A program made the position numbers and the translations under genes. 64,000 nucleotides of DNA from Vitrella brassicaformis CCMP3155 (Eukaryota; Protista; Chromerida), in assembly GCA_001179505.1 (NCBI GenBank), contig CDMY01000252.1, forward strand, positions 62,001-126,000, in the 5' to 3' direction. Positions 1 to 12,054 of this stretch are shown here, in pieces (the first letter of the stretch is position 1; the number at the start of each line of letters is the position of its first letter). The notes below the pieces were generated by a model. The model saw nothing but the letters and a program-made list of their open reading frames with translations. It was not told the DNA's origin and searched no databases.

Positions 1-1622
1 CTGCCGCGATGCTGCTGGTGCTGAAAATGAAGAGTGCGTCGGCATCCCCTTCATGGCCGCCGGGCCTCTGCATAGATCTGCGGATGGGCAGCGAGCAATT
101 GAAGCATATGATCAATGGAACGCCCTGGGGCTGTGCAGGGCCGTCTGTCGTGCTGGAAACAGTCCTCTTCTCTGCGCAGCAGATTCGACGCCCTAAGCTC
201 GCAACCGAAGGAGGAGCCGAAGGAGGAAGAGGGGCTGCAGAGGTACACACGACGATAAGCAGACTCACAGATCGCCATTGATAACTGATTGATTCATTAT
301 TCGATGCATCTCCTACGTGGTGCATTCCAAAGCACCGCCTGTCTGACGTCTGACACGCCATGGGAGGTCAGCAGCACAGCACAGCACGTGCACATCCACG
401 GTGCAACCAATGCTTGCTGTTGCTGTGTGTGTCTGTCTTCTGGTCAGGAAAACTGTAGGGTGCTCGAGTCGCTCCGCCTCCATCCCCCCGTGGCTGCCTG
501 TGCATTCCTCTCGATGCCATCGTTGCCACTCGCGAGCTCAGCGACATCTCTGCAACGGCACACTCACAAAGGAGCGGGCGCAAGAGCTGAGGTCGAATCG
601 CCATGTGACAGCCCATCCCCGTTCCACCGGACGGCTGACAGAGATAGCATCAATCGGATAGCCAACGACTGCCTCCCTGCGGCCTGTTGAAACATGACCA
701 TCGAGGGGCTGTCAGTGTCGAGGGGCGAGGAGGAGCGACTCCATAGTGCCAATCGAGACCGATCTTTCTGCTGCGCTTGGTTTGAGGTGCTGAGTGTGTG
801 TCATTTACGAGTCTGTCACTTCGGTTATGAGCTTTTTAGTTGGTCCCTGCACACTGAGCTCGTGAGTGAGACGCGATGTGCGTGCTGCGACATCCTTGCA
901 TCTGTTTAATCGTCCTTGAGGGATCGTGTTGAGTGTCTGCAGTGAGGTGTGGGCACTCGACACACAAACACAACACGTACGTAGACGCCACCATTCTGCT
1001 GACCACGACAGCGAAGAACAGGCACACACACACACACACACACAAACAAACACGCACATTCCGCACAGGAAGGAAAGCCTTGTCGATACGCGGCACATCA
1101 CACGTATGGCTTTTGTGTGTGCGTGTGTGGTGCCGCCATGCATCAATGCAGTGCATGTGGTGGTCTGTGTGGTGGTCTCTTGGTTACGTGTCAGTGACTT
1201 GAACCCAAATAAGCATGAGTGCACAGTTGTTGAATGGACACTCCTATCTGCTAACCTTTCCCCCCATGGCGATTCAACAACTGTGCAGAATAGGAAGTGC
1301 CTAAGGAAAAACTTACTCACGGCGAACTGACATAAAATCACGTCAGAACAGCACAGCCAGCTACTTTCACACATGCCATGAAGCTACTCTGTTTCTGGAA
1401 GGTAAGCATCGATCAGTATAGTACATGCAGACGGCAGGAGGGACACGCAACACACAACACACAACACGCTGGCTATCCACACAATGCTATCCACATACAC
1501 ACGAACGAGGGACACACCTACGTTCATGCACAGCGCTCATTCGCTCTCCGTCTACACGCTCCAAATGGCACAGTGATTCGCTCTACTCAAGCAGCCAAGA
1601 GCTCAGACAGACTCGTCAATCG

Positions 1623-2316
1623 TCAGGAGGATCTCGTATCATCCTCTGGCTTGACGGCGCACTCTAGCCCAGCAAATGTCGAGGGCCGCGTCGATGGCTC
1701 TCGGTCCGGCTCGCTGACCGCCAGAGACATCGCAGTCACTGTGGCTGTGAGGGGCGGGAGTGCCGTGTGCATCGTCGCGGCAGACGGGATGGTGACCGAG
1801 GGGGGCTGTGCGGGCGACACTGCCGTGCTGACGCGAACAGCGGGCATGCGGAGGTGCCTCTGTCTCTCGGCCTCTTCCACACTGCACCAGATGATGCAGC
1901 AGCCGAGAAAAAGGAGGGCGGGCAAACCCACTAAGAAGGACACTGCACGCACACGGCGCAGTGCCAGATGCACTCACTCTCACAGGTCGTGTCGCGTGCT
2001 TACCGGCAATCGTGTCTTCAGTCTTCTACGGCCTTCCCTTTGGCTTGTTGTCGGCATCACTCCCAGCGGAACCGTTGCTCTCTCTGCGGCGTCGTGTGCT
2101 CCTGCCGCCGCCAATAATAATGAGAGCAGCAGAGAGGAATCGCTCAGCAACCGTTCCGGATGTTCTGGACGCTCCGCCAGAGAAACGTCTGCCACCGGAT
2201 GCTCCCTTCAAGCTGCGCGGCGGTCCTTCTGCGTCGACGAGGGGCGTGATCTCCGACAACGGAAGCACACAGATGAGAAGCAGAGAGATCAGAAGATGGA
2301 ATCCAGAAAGGCGCAT
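1623..2316 (-). pseudogene. Signal peptide + Gly/Arg-rich ectodomain + single TM protein, copy 1; in-frame TAG at 2026-2028; 61-nt intron 1943-2003
   Basis: MRLSGFHLLISLLLICVLPL signal-like start. The frame runs ...KPKGRP-TAG-KTEDTIA, splices (GTAAGC...GTGCAG) in frame into VSFLVGLPALLFLGCCIIW (TM), and the tail is conserved with copy 2. Confidence 0.6.
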
Positions 2317-2377
2317 GCCCTTGGACGCAGCAGTAAGTAGACAGATGAGGGAAGGACAACGTGCGACAAAACAACTC

Positions 2378-2386
2378 AAGCTCGCA
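2378..2386 (+). promoter_or_regulatory. AAGCTCGCA candidate promoter element
   Basis: Exact 9-mer ~60 nt upstream of the minus-strand ATG at 2316. Confidence 0.5.
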
Positions 2387-3903
2387 GGGATTCCGTGAAA
2401 CTGCTCGCAGCAAGGACAACTTCTGATGGTGGATGATAAGTTTCATTATTGATGCAGAGCTCGCGCTTCCTGAGTTGTGTGTCGTGAAGCAGAGAGCCGG
2501 AAGGTGCTCTTGTGCTGCGGCGAGTGGAGGGGGCACAAACATGCTGATAAGAGCGACCAGAACAGTGACAGTGATGAGGACATGGACGAGCAGCCGGGTG
2601 GTGGCGAAGATGACGGAGTGACAAGACAGCGCTGCGAGGCCGTCCCCCTCGCCAATCTTCCCCCCAGCCACTTCTACCGCGTCACATGCAGCGCCGGAAG
2701 GTTGTGGCCATCCATTCTTCACGGCATTCCTCACCTTGACGACTCTGGGAGTGGAGAAGAGGCGCGGGCAGCTGATGCTCTTGTCGACATTCATGTGACA
2801 GTCGCATTTTGTCCCTGATGATGGAGACTACACCGACGAGCATCCACATCCACGTGACGGGGACGGCAAACACCGACATCATTGCAGGCAACCTGGAGAA
2901 TATCAGTGGCGAAATCCGCCTGTGGACGATGGAGGCACCACTAAAGGACAGCACAGATATCAAGCCGCCCGCCCTCTGCTGGCTAGATACGGGATGGATG
3001 AGGCCTTGCGTGCCTGAGGCTGCCATCGACCGACGGCAAGACGTGGCTAAAGAGGGGCAGGCCTACGGCACACGGGCCTTGCCACTATGTTGTGCCGCCG
3101 TTCGATGCAGCCGCCTGGCGTCGTGCTGCCTTGTGAAGAGAGGAAGAGTAAGTCCACGAAGGTGTGCTCCTCTGCAGCCCGAGGTGAGAGGCTGTTGAGG
3201 GCAGAAAGGAAAGCCTTGTCGAGTCTGTTGAAAAGGGCGTGTAGCGATATGGGGGTGCTGGCTGAATCGTTGGTTTGCATGTGCTAACGTGCTGGCTACA
3301 TCCGTCAGTACGTGCGTTTGTGTGTTGGTTGACGCCATCATGTGTAGCTGATCCAGACACTCGTCCCCATACACGTGCACCTGTGTGTGAAGGCGGGTGT
3401 CTGGATTGCTTATGTGTGTGTGGACGCACCGAATACACGAAAGACTGGGGATGAACAGACAATTGATTGCAAGTGAGTGCACACTGACCTAATGCGTCCT
3501 TCCCTCTCTTTTCCGCGATAAGCCATCCACCCGCTGCCCACACACACCACGAACACTGAGAACTACTACTTTCACATACATACACCCACACAGTATGCAC
3601 ACAGGCCATGAAACTACTCTCCTTCTATCTACTCTCGCAGTTGATTACCACGGAAGAGGAAAAACCCCAGGCAGGCAGGCAGGCCCACGGGACGACAACC
3701 ACACACACATGCAACACGCACACGTCGGCTGTTCACACACAGTGCTATTCACATACAGCAGGTCGGACAGAACACACAGACACGCATCGCGCCCTCCCTC
3801 CCTCCCTCCCTCCCTCGCCTCTACTCAGTCGCTCTCTGTCCACACACGCAGTACACACACTCGCTCTACTCAAAGCAGCCAAGAGCCCAGACAGACTCGT
3901 CAA

Positions 3904-4463
3904 TTAGGCCCTCGCCGTATCCTGCGGCTCCAGTCCATCAAATGTCGACGGCCGTGTCGATGGCTCTCGCTCCGGTTCGCTGACCACCACTGCAGTCACT
4001 GCTGTGGTGAGGGGCGGGAGTGCCGTGTGAGCCATGGCGGCAGACGGGATGGTGACCGAGACGGGCTGTGCGGGCGACACTGCCGTGCTAATGCCAACAG
4101 CGGGCATGTGGTGGTGCCTCTGTCTCTCGGCCTCATCCTTACGCGCCTTCATGATGCAGCAGCCGAGAAAAACGAAGCCGAGGGGGGGAAAAAGACCAAA
4201 GATGATCGGTGGGAGGGCACTAAGTGATCCATCTTGAGGCTTGGATGGGCTGTCGCTGACTGGTGGTCGCTGATGACGATTGGCCGGCCCGCAACCGTTC
4301 CGGATGTTCTGGACGCTCCGCCAGAGAAACGTCTGCCACCGGATGCTCCCTTCAAGCTGCGCGGCGGTGCTTCTGCGTCGACGAGGGGCGTGATCTCCGG
4401 CAACAGGAGCACACAGGTGAGAAGCGGAGAGATCAGAAGATGGAATCGAGCAGAAACGCGCAT
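3904..4463 (-). pseudogene. Signal peptide + single TM protein, copy 2; apparent 1-nt frameshift near 4243-4250; no intron
   Basis: MRVSARFHLLISPLLTCVLLL...SGTVAGRPIVISDHQSAT lies in one frame and KPQDGSLSALPPIIFGLFPPLGFVFLGCCIMK...PSTRPSTFDGLE in another. Both halves align to copy 1. Confidence 0.6.
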
Positions 4464-4558
4464 ACCCTTTTGACGCAGCAGACGCAGAATAGCCCCGGAT
4501 GAGTAGACAGGTTGCGGAAGCGAAGGAAGAGAGTCGCGAAGGCACGACAAAACAGCTC

Positions 4559-4567
4559 AAGCTCGCA
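4559..4567 (+). promoter_or_regulatory. AAGCTCGCA candidate promoter element
   Basis: Exact 9-mer in the ~160-nt divergent spacer between the ATGs at 4463(-) and 4623(+). Confidence 0.55.
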
Positions 4568-4622
4568 GAAGAGGGCCTTGTCCCCCACGAGACCTTAGAA
4601 AGAGTCTGTGTGAATAGAGAAT

Positions 4623-6081
4623 ATGGCAGAAGGGACTCCGATTGGGGAGGATGGATCTCTTGGACTCCGATTCCCGGCCTGGAGTGACATCGTCCAAGAG
4701 ATATTCCCCACCGTCCCGCTCCACAGAGGTCCGCCGTTGCCTCCCCCTGGTGCTCTGAGACTCACGCTTCCTGTTTCTCTCTTGCGGCCTGATGGTCGCT
4801 TCACGGCCGTCGACGATGAACTCATGACCGTTCTGCAGAACGGTGAGCACACGGGGGGGATGAAAAGCACGGAAGACGCCAGTTCTGCATCATGGCTGTT
4901 GTCCCCCTATCTGTGTGTGTTCGTGCATGCAGCGCCAGACGAGTTGCTGGAGGGCGTCGTGACATGTCCCCTCACTCTTCAGCCCATCCGGGTGCCCGCC
5001 TCCACCCCGTCAGGCAAGACATACGAGCACTCGGCCATCACACAGCACATTCGGACAAACACCTTCCGAGCACGGTCGCCCCAGACCAACAGCCTCTTGC
5101 TTGAGGGCGACCTGCGGCCAAACCACGTGGCCGTCGAGATCAACGAACTTCGGGCGAAACAGGTGAGGATGTCACTGGGGGCGGGTGATGATGTATTTGC
5201 CAATCCGTGTGTGTGCGCCGCGCCGCGCTCGTGTGTGTCTGTGTGTCAGATTGTCCGTGACCAGGACGCTGCTCTAGGTGGGAGTGGTAATGTGGGAGCC
5301 TCGAGGTCTTCGCTGGCTGGTGCGCATCAACACGCAATTGTGAAGTCGCTCTCTGTGTGTGTTGTCAATGGGCTGATGTGTGTGTCTGGGTGCAGGTGTC
5401 CCATCGGTGCTGCGTGAGTACTGGGAGGCTTACAAGGCCGCTGCTGTCAGTGCTATTGCCGGCAGCATCGCCCTCGAGCCGTCCCGCACCCTTCTGCAAC
5501 TGGTGAGGGCAGGCGAACGTATTAAGTGGATGTACTCATTTCACCGCGTGTTGTTCGTTCGTTGTGCGAATGCAGCTGCGTGGAGACCCGTCGAGCACCA
5601 TGGAGCTGATGGTGTGGCACAAGCAGCAGGTCACCGACAAAGAGGTATGTCTTCATGACACCAAACAGAGCATCCACCTCCACCCATGGCTGCTGGCCTT
5701 ACTTACCGGCAGGAGTTGAACACCTCCTATCCCGTGCAGCTGCGCCCCGCCGTGCAGACCCAGCTCGTGACATGGCTGACGGCACCACCCACACCCACTC
5801 CCACTCCCACACCCACTCAGGACACCCCCCCTCCCTCCCCTCACTCCCAGCCCACCAGCAGCCGCAACGCCTCACGCAAGATACTCAACCGCGCGGCAAC
5901 CACCGCTCCCAGTGCAACCACGCAGCATCGCACCAACTCGTCTCGGCGAATCCAGAATGCCAAACTGCCCGCTCACTCGTCGTTCGGGCAGGGCGGCAAG
6001 GGAGCGCCGGTCATCACTAGTCTGCCGCACCAGCTGCTCGTGGATGGCGTGACGGCCATACTGGGGCGGCTGTTCGGGTGA
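4623..6081 (+). CDS. U-box domain protein (putative E3 ubiquitin ligase), ~6 exons
   Basis: APDELLEGVVTCPLTLQPIRVPASTPSGKTYEHSAITQHIRTN...SPQTNSLLLEGDLRPNHVA matches the U-box pattern. Canonical GT-AG introns link the exons to the stop at 6081. Confidence 0.8.
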
Positions 6082-6429
6082 CGGATGGGGCGGGAGGGGG
6101 AGAGGGGAGGTTTGCTGGATTGTGCCTTATGTGTATAGTAATACTCGGAGCGGAAGGATGTTTTTTCGGTTCTCTCTTTTGCTTTTTATGCCGTAATTCG
6201 CGAGAGGGAGGCGTCTTTCCACGTGTATAGTCCTCCGGGACAGGGTGCGGTGAGTGAGTGGATGGATGGGTGGGGAGGGGTCGTGCACGTGTGTGTGGAG
6301 ACTTCCAATCAAATCAACACGTGTCTTTTTCCAGCACCGGTGGGAATGGGAGGCATTCGGCGTTTTGATGATCCGCCGCTGGATGGCGAGAAAGGTCGGG
6401 TTTGCGGCCATCCGACGGGTCCTGCTTCG

Positions 6430-6990
6430 CTGTGCCCTCTCCGTTGCTTCCTGGCGGAGAGGACAAGGCTGAGGGGGAGCTGCGGGATGGCTGCAAACCT
6501 GACAGACAGACAGACAGACAGACACAGAGAGAGCGCGCGAGGCGGGGAGACCACAGAGAATGTACAAAGCACTTGGCTGGATGTGTACACACACATGAAC
6601 CTGTCTGTCTGGTCTGGGACCTCCACACATCGGTGCACACTCCGCCCTTTCCGTTGCTGCTCCTGACGGAGAGGACACGGTGTGTGCGACGAGTGGCAGG
6701 ATGGCCGCGAACGGACTCGCAGGCAGGCAGAGGGGAGATAGCGAGCACATACGAGTCACATGCACGGATTGGTTGGGTACTGAGCTTGCGGCCGTCACAA
6801 CGCCCTTCTCCACGCTTTTTCTTTCCGCTGCTCCTGGCGGAGGGGAGACGCGTGAAGGACGGGAGTGAGATTGCCGCAAGCCTGACCCGTAGAGAGAGAG
6901 AGAGAGAGAGAGAGAGCAAGGCAGGGAGACCACAGAGGAGTGGAGGGAGAAGAGGAGGAGACCACAGAGGATGGATGTACAGCGTACCTG
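6430..6990. repeat. Three diverged ~30-nt motif copies plus two gggagaccacagag blocks (internal tandem duplication in a poorly resolved minus-strand locus)
   Basis: tccgttgcttcctggcggagaggaca (~6440), tccgttgctgctcctgacggagaggaca (~6650), tccgctgctcctggcggaggggaga (~6823). Confidence 0.4.
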
Positions 6991-8207
6991 TACGCTGCGT
7001 ACACCTGTCTGTGTACCATACGTGGAAAGCAATGCATGGACTCACCGTCGGCTGACTGAGATAATGGATGGGCTCAGAGGCGCCCTGTGTATATCGATAA
7101 CATACATAACTAGCCCAACGACTGCTTCACTGATGGACGGTCACGATGGACACTGGGAGGGAAGGGGTCGAGGGGGGAGGGGCGGTGAGGGCTGCCATGG
7201 CGCCGCTGCAGTGCCATCCATGTGTTCTTGCCTTGCTGCCTGGATGGTTCAGTGGACGGGTGCTTATGTACTATATGACGTGTGGATGGACACACAGGTA
7301 TCTATCGGGGTGGGCGGACTCTGTATGTTTCGACTCATCAAATCCTCAATGTGTGTGTACGCACCGCACCCGTATGTCACAAGAAATACGATCGATCACC
7401 GTTGGTACGAATGTTTTGAGGGAGTGACCGAGTCCATACACACACCCACACGATGAACAGACAGACTCATACATGCAGGCAGGCACACACCGCACGCGTT
7501 GTCCTGCACGTAGCCTTGACACAGCCACATACACAGGCAAAGCCGTGAGCATCGCATCGATGGTAAGGCAGCCAAGAGGGCAATAGAAGACAACAAAGAG
7601 GGTCTGTACAACGATTCATCCATTCCTCCCTCCCTCCCTCCCTTCATTCGTTCCATCGCTGTGGCTACAGATAGATAGTGCGGGCTGTCACATAGAATTG
7701 CAGTGTGTCGAGACGGGCAGATAGGCGGACGTATCAAGGCATCACAAGACAGAGCACCAGGGAGCCGTGAGGGCCCTTCGGCAGCAGAAGAGCGACCACT
7801 CGCTCATCCATCCATCCATCCCATCCATGGCAGCTGCATGGTTCGGTCGCCGGATGACGTCGGAGCGATGCTCTGTGCAGACAGATGTCGTTCCAGCGTC
7901 ATCAGACAAGCCGCATCATGTAGCTGTGGTGGGACAGGAAGGCAGATCTGTAGGGCGAGCACTGTGTATATGTCTGTATGTATCTACATATGTACATATG
8001 TACATGTGTGTGTGTGAATCCCTCTCGGTATCGCTGTGTGCATCCATCCATTCCTCCATTCCTTCCAGCTGCAGTAGCTACAGATACTGTCCGTCGTCAG
8101 GCCGATATCTGCACATGACCCATTCGCGCACACACAGACACACACACATGCAACACCTACTCTTCGATGTCTATCGCTCGCTCTCACCTCTGACCTTTCT
8201 GGTGCGA

Positions 8208-9034
8208 TCAATTGGCTTTGAGTTTCTTGAGCAGGAGGTTGCTCATGTCGGTCATGTGCTTGAATGCCTGGGTCACCTCGTCCACCAGCTGCAGCATCTC
8301 CTCGCTGCCGCCCCAGGCCACCACCAGCGACTCCCCGTGCCCCTCCATGCCCCCCAGCACCGCCTCCTCCTCGGCCGACAGACCAGTGCTCGCCTCGAAG
8401 CCATGACGGCCACTGGTGGCGTGGAACATGCCACCACGAAGTCTGCAAGACATGCATGCATCAACAGATGTGCATACACCGGGCACCATGTCGATGAATA
8501 CCCGCTTCTCCTCACCTGAGCAACATGTGCAGAGACGCCTCCCGGGGGATGTAGTAGTCTTTCAGCGTGCGGTCGTCCTCGAGCTGCTGGTTACCCCAGA
8601 TCAGGCGCTGCTGGTCGGCAGGGTTGCCCTCAATGTGCTGCAGCTTGAGCTTGACGGCCCACACCGACTGGTCCGGCTCCACGTGCATGGTGATCGTCTT
8701 GCCTGCATGATACAAAGAACACACAGATCTCTCGCAATCAGTGCACACGTGGACATCAGAACGCCTTGGCCTCACCACGGAACGTCCAGACGAAGATCTG
8801 CATCGTTCCACGCTCCTCCGCCACCTGTTTCTCCACCTCGAACATCTTCTTGGCGGCTACCTGGGCCTCTTCCTTGAGCTCCTGCAGATGGCGCTTCTGC
8901 TCGTCCAGCGGCTTGGTGGCGAGTGCATTGAGGGCGTCGTAATGGTTGCACTTGCTACTGTGGCCGAAAACAGACTCCTCCGCCGCGTGAATGCCCTCCC
9001 ACGCCTTGCACGGCTTGATGAAAGCGCTGGCCAT
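8208..9034 (-). CDS. Coiled-coil + diverged ubiquitin domain (ending LRLRGG) + C-terminal extension; exons 9034-8776, 8702-8516, 8442-8208
   Basis: Spliced product [88 protein letters not shown] is in exact 76-aa ubiquitin register. Confidence 0.9.
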
Positions 9035-9228
9035 GGTTGAAAGAGAGAAGCTCACTGGGTCCCTCAAAGGTCAGTGGGGTAGGGTCGAAAACCGTTTCCA
9101 GCGTTTGGCTGGTGGACAGAAACACTGAGTGGACTGTGCATGTCAGCCTCACGAGAACGGCACAAATATTACCGAGATCCAGCCAGGCCTGTACAGCTAT
9201 ACACACAGACTCATCCATCCCTCTCATG

Positions 9229-11883
9229 TCATGGTGATGAGTCCCTCTCAGCGTGCCCTGCCTGCACAGCCCTAACGATTTGTTCAGCAATCCTCTGCCC
9301 ATCCACAGCAGCACTCACAATCCCGCCGGCATACCCCGCACCCTCCCCAGCGAGATACAGCCCACGCACATTGACTGACTCGAGTGTTAATGGGTTGCGG
9401 TCGATGCGCACCGGTGATGACGTCCGAGTCTCAACACCGTGCAGCAAGGCCTGCATCCATGGCATGATGTGTGTGTGTGGCGGGTGGGTGTGGGTCGGTG
9501 ACTCACTTGGTCGGTGATGAAGCCGGGCAGCTGTCTGTCGAAGCTCTCCAGTGCAGCCCTCAGTCGGCCGGTGAGCGACTCGGGATACAGATCGTGCAGA
9601 CTGCTCGCACGCACACCGCGCCTGCAGCACACACACACACATGTATGGAGGATTAGAGACACGGACACATGATTGATCGCCCGTCGTCACCTATAGGAGC
9701 TCTTTGGGAATGTGCCCTCGTCCACTGCTGACGGCCGCCCCTCCATGAAGTCGGTGACCCTCTGCACCGGTGCAACCAGGTCGCCGCCACCCCTCAGTGC
9801 CGCCTCCCTCTCCCATGCTCGCTGGAAAGCCACGCCGGCCAATGGGCCGTGAGACGAGAAAGGCGACAGCTCTTCTGGCCTGCAGGAGACACACACACAC
9901 AGAGGTCTATGCGGGTGGCTGGCTAGCTGATCGTCATGGTGTGTACGTGACGGGCGTGACGAGGCCGCTGTTTGCCCATGGCGAGTTGCGCTGTGAGAAT
10001 GACATGCCATTGACACACAGCTCAGAGGGGTCCATGCTCGTGGGAACCACCTGCACGCACCGCAGCAGCCGGAGTGTGTCATATGCCGACCCACCCACTC
10101 ATCGACCCACTGACCTGTCCGCCCGGGCACATGCAGAAGGAGAAGACGTTGCCCGCCTTGACCGTGTAGTCAGCCACAGGCACCTTTCCCTTGCCCCTGT
10201 TGACCCATTTGGCATACTCCTTCAGCTGCACCGTGTCGATCAGCGTCTGTGGGTGCTCCACGCGCAGCCCCACTGCAAACTCCTTTGCAGACATGGCCAC
10301 GCCCTGCTCGTGAAGCGACGCATACAGGTCCCTCGCTGAATGGCCGATGGCCAGCACCACAATGGGGGCGTCGATCTGGACAATGTCGTGGTCATGGCTG
10401 TGTGTGTGGTGACACTGAATGCCGGTGACGGCGTTGGTCGTGGGGTCGATGGTGAGCCTGTCGGCTGTGAGGCCGAAGTGGATGGTGACGCCGAGGTCCA
10501 ACAGCCGCTGACGCAGGGATTTCAAGAGGCGGACCAGCCTGAAGCAATGAAGATGGAATGCAAAAAGGGCTGCCTTGTGTGGGTTATGCCTTCGTGCATA
10601 CCTGTCCGTGCCGAGGTGTGGTTTGCCATCGACGAGGATGCGCTCAGGCGCGCCAAAGGACACAAAGGCCTCCAGCACACTCCGCACCTGGTGAAAGCAA
10701 TTGAAGGACAACAGGTCTTATGTGTCGGGTAATGTTTGTGACATCGTTGTGAGTGTTCACCTGTTGCGAGTTGCGTCCGATCCTGGTGGTGAGTTTGCCG
10801 TCGCTCCAGGTGCCCGCCCCGCCCTCGCCAAAGCAGAAGTTGCTGTCGGCATCAAGCACACCACGATGAATCATCGCACCTGAAGACATCGAAGACGTGC
10901 ACGCTGCACGAATGAGGGTGACTGAGGAGTGGCTGACCGACCGACCGATGTCTCTTCCCCTCCTCTCCACCGGCTGGCCCCTCTCAATGAGCGTCACGGG
11001 ATGGCCGCTCTCGGCCAGGCGAAGAGCGGCAAACAGACCTGCATGCATTGCAAGCCACATACACACACACGTGCCATCACAACACAGGTCACTCTCAGAG
11101 CCATACCTGCCGGTCCAGACCCGACAACAGCCACAGGCGGCAGGCCCGCAGACAGGGGGCTGGCTGACGACGGGGGCAGCCTGTCGCCCACTTGAGGCGC
11201 CGGCTCGCACAGTCCTGGCCGACGTCTGACATTGACAGCGTCTTGCAGAGGCACCTCTATATCCACCACATAGCTGCACACAGGTACACACAGGTACACA
11301 CACCCTTCCTTCTTCACTCCCAGCCTCAATTACTTGAAGTGCAGCAGTGGCGTGCCGTCCGCCTCCCTCGTCCGCCTCAACACTCGAGGCCTGGCGTCGA
11401 AGCTCTTGCGCACTATCTCCACCTTCACGTCTTCAGCACCGCCCTGGCCCAGGAAGAAGTCCTCTTGCAGGCCCGCCTGTGCGGCTACGGCACGCAGCAG
11501 GCCGTCCCACACCGCCGTGCTGTCTTTGCCCGGGTCGTCGGCCACGGGGATCTGCACGAAAGGCAGACACACAGACACGGGGTGTACGTGTGTGAGAGAG
11601 ATGAATGAATGCATCGCCACGTGACACGTACCTGAATGTTGAAGAGCCGCCATCTCGTCACTCTCTGTCCTCCTGTTGGTGCAGTCCTTCTCCCTCTTGG
11701 CCTCCTTGCTCGCCCTCTCCGTTTTTTTGCCGTGTCGTGATCCACAACCACAGCCGGAAGGGACCGCGGGATGATCCGGGGGCTCCTGCATGGCCGGCGT
11801 GGCCTGTGCAGCAGCAGCGGGAGTGGCTGGAAGGCGTCGATGGTCTCAACGAGCAGCACAACTGCCAAGATGACGAGAAGCAT
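9229..11883 (-). CDS. Putative plastid-targeted FAD/NAD(P)-dependent oxidoreductase (COG2509-like), ~12 exons
   Basis: VAVVGSGPAGLFAA Rossmann motif, FGEGGAGTWSDGKLTTRI, FSFCMCPGGQ, GVETRTSSP, GEGAGYAGGIVSAAVDG. N-terminal signal peptide followed by AFQP and an Arg-rich transit-like segment. Confidence 0.9.
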
Positions 11884-11997
11884 TCGCCTTCGAGATCGGT
11901 TCACCTTCAGATCTTTCTGGCAGCAGATCTCACTGGCCAGCCGTCTGACGTGCTGAATGGTAGCAAACGGATGGTTGTGAAAGACGCGTCGGTGCTG

Positions 11998-12005
11998 AGC
12001 TCGCA
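11998..12005 (+). promoter_or_regulatory. AGCTCGCA (8/9 match) candidate promoter element
   Basis: In the ~170-nt divergent spacer 11883(-)/12055(+), flanked by three AGATCT sites. Confidence 0.5.
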
Positions 12006-12054
12006 AAAATCGATGGCTAGATCTGGGCAGGATGGAAGGCTTATAGCAGCTGCA

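Larger units (their letters stand above)
1350..2390. repeat. Diverged direct segmental duplication, copy 1 (partner ~3560-4570)
   Basis: Long near-identical blocks, e.g. ctctactcaa-gcagccaagag..cagacagactcgtcaat (1580/3865), ggcagacgggatggtgaccgag (1779/4038), gcaaccgttccggatgttctggacgctccgccagagaaacgtctgccaccggatgctccc (2147/4291). Homology ends at caagctcgcag. Confidence 0.9.
3560..4570. repeat. Diverged direct segmental duplication, copy 2 (partner ~1350-2390)
   Basis: Same shared blocks as listed for copy 1. Confidence 0.9.

Noticed and set aside
1-900. Possible plus-strand exons at the window start
   Set aside because: A donor at ~243 and an acceptor at ~448 exist, but no frame gives a recognisable or stop-free product.
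2477-3287. ORFs 2477-2818, 2809-3198 and 3087-3287 as a gene
   Set aside because: Partly protein-like (IHIHVTGTANTDIIAGNLENISGEIRLW) but split across frames with no identifiable domain. Probably a decayed gene; I cannot support a model.
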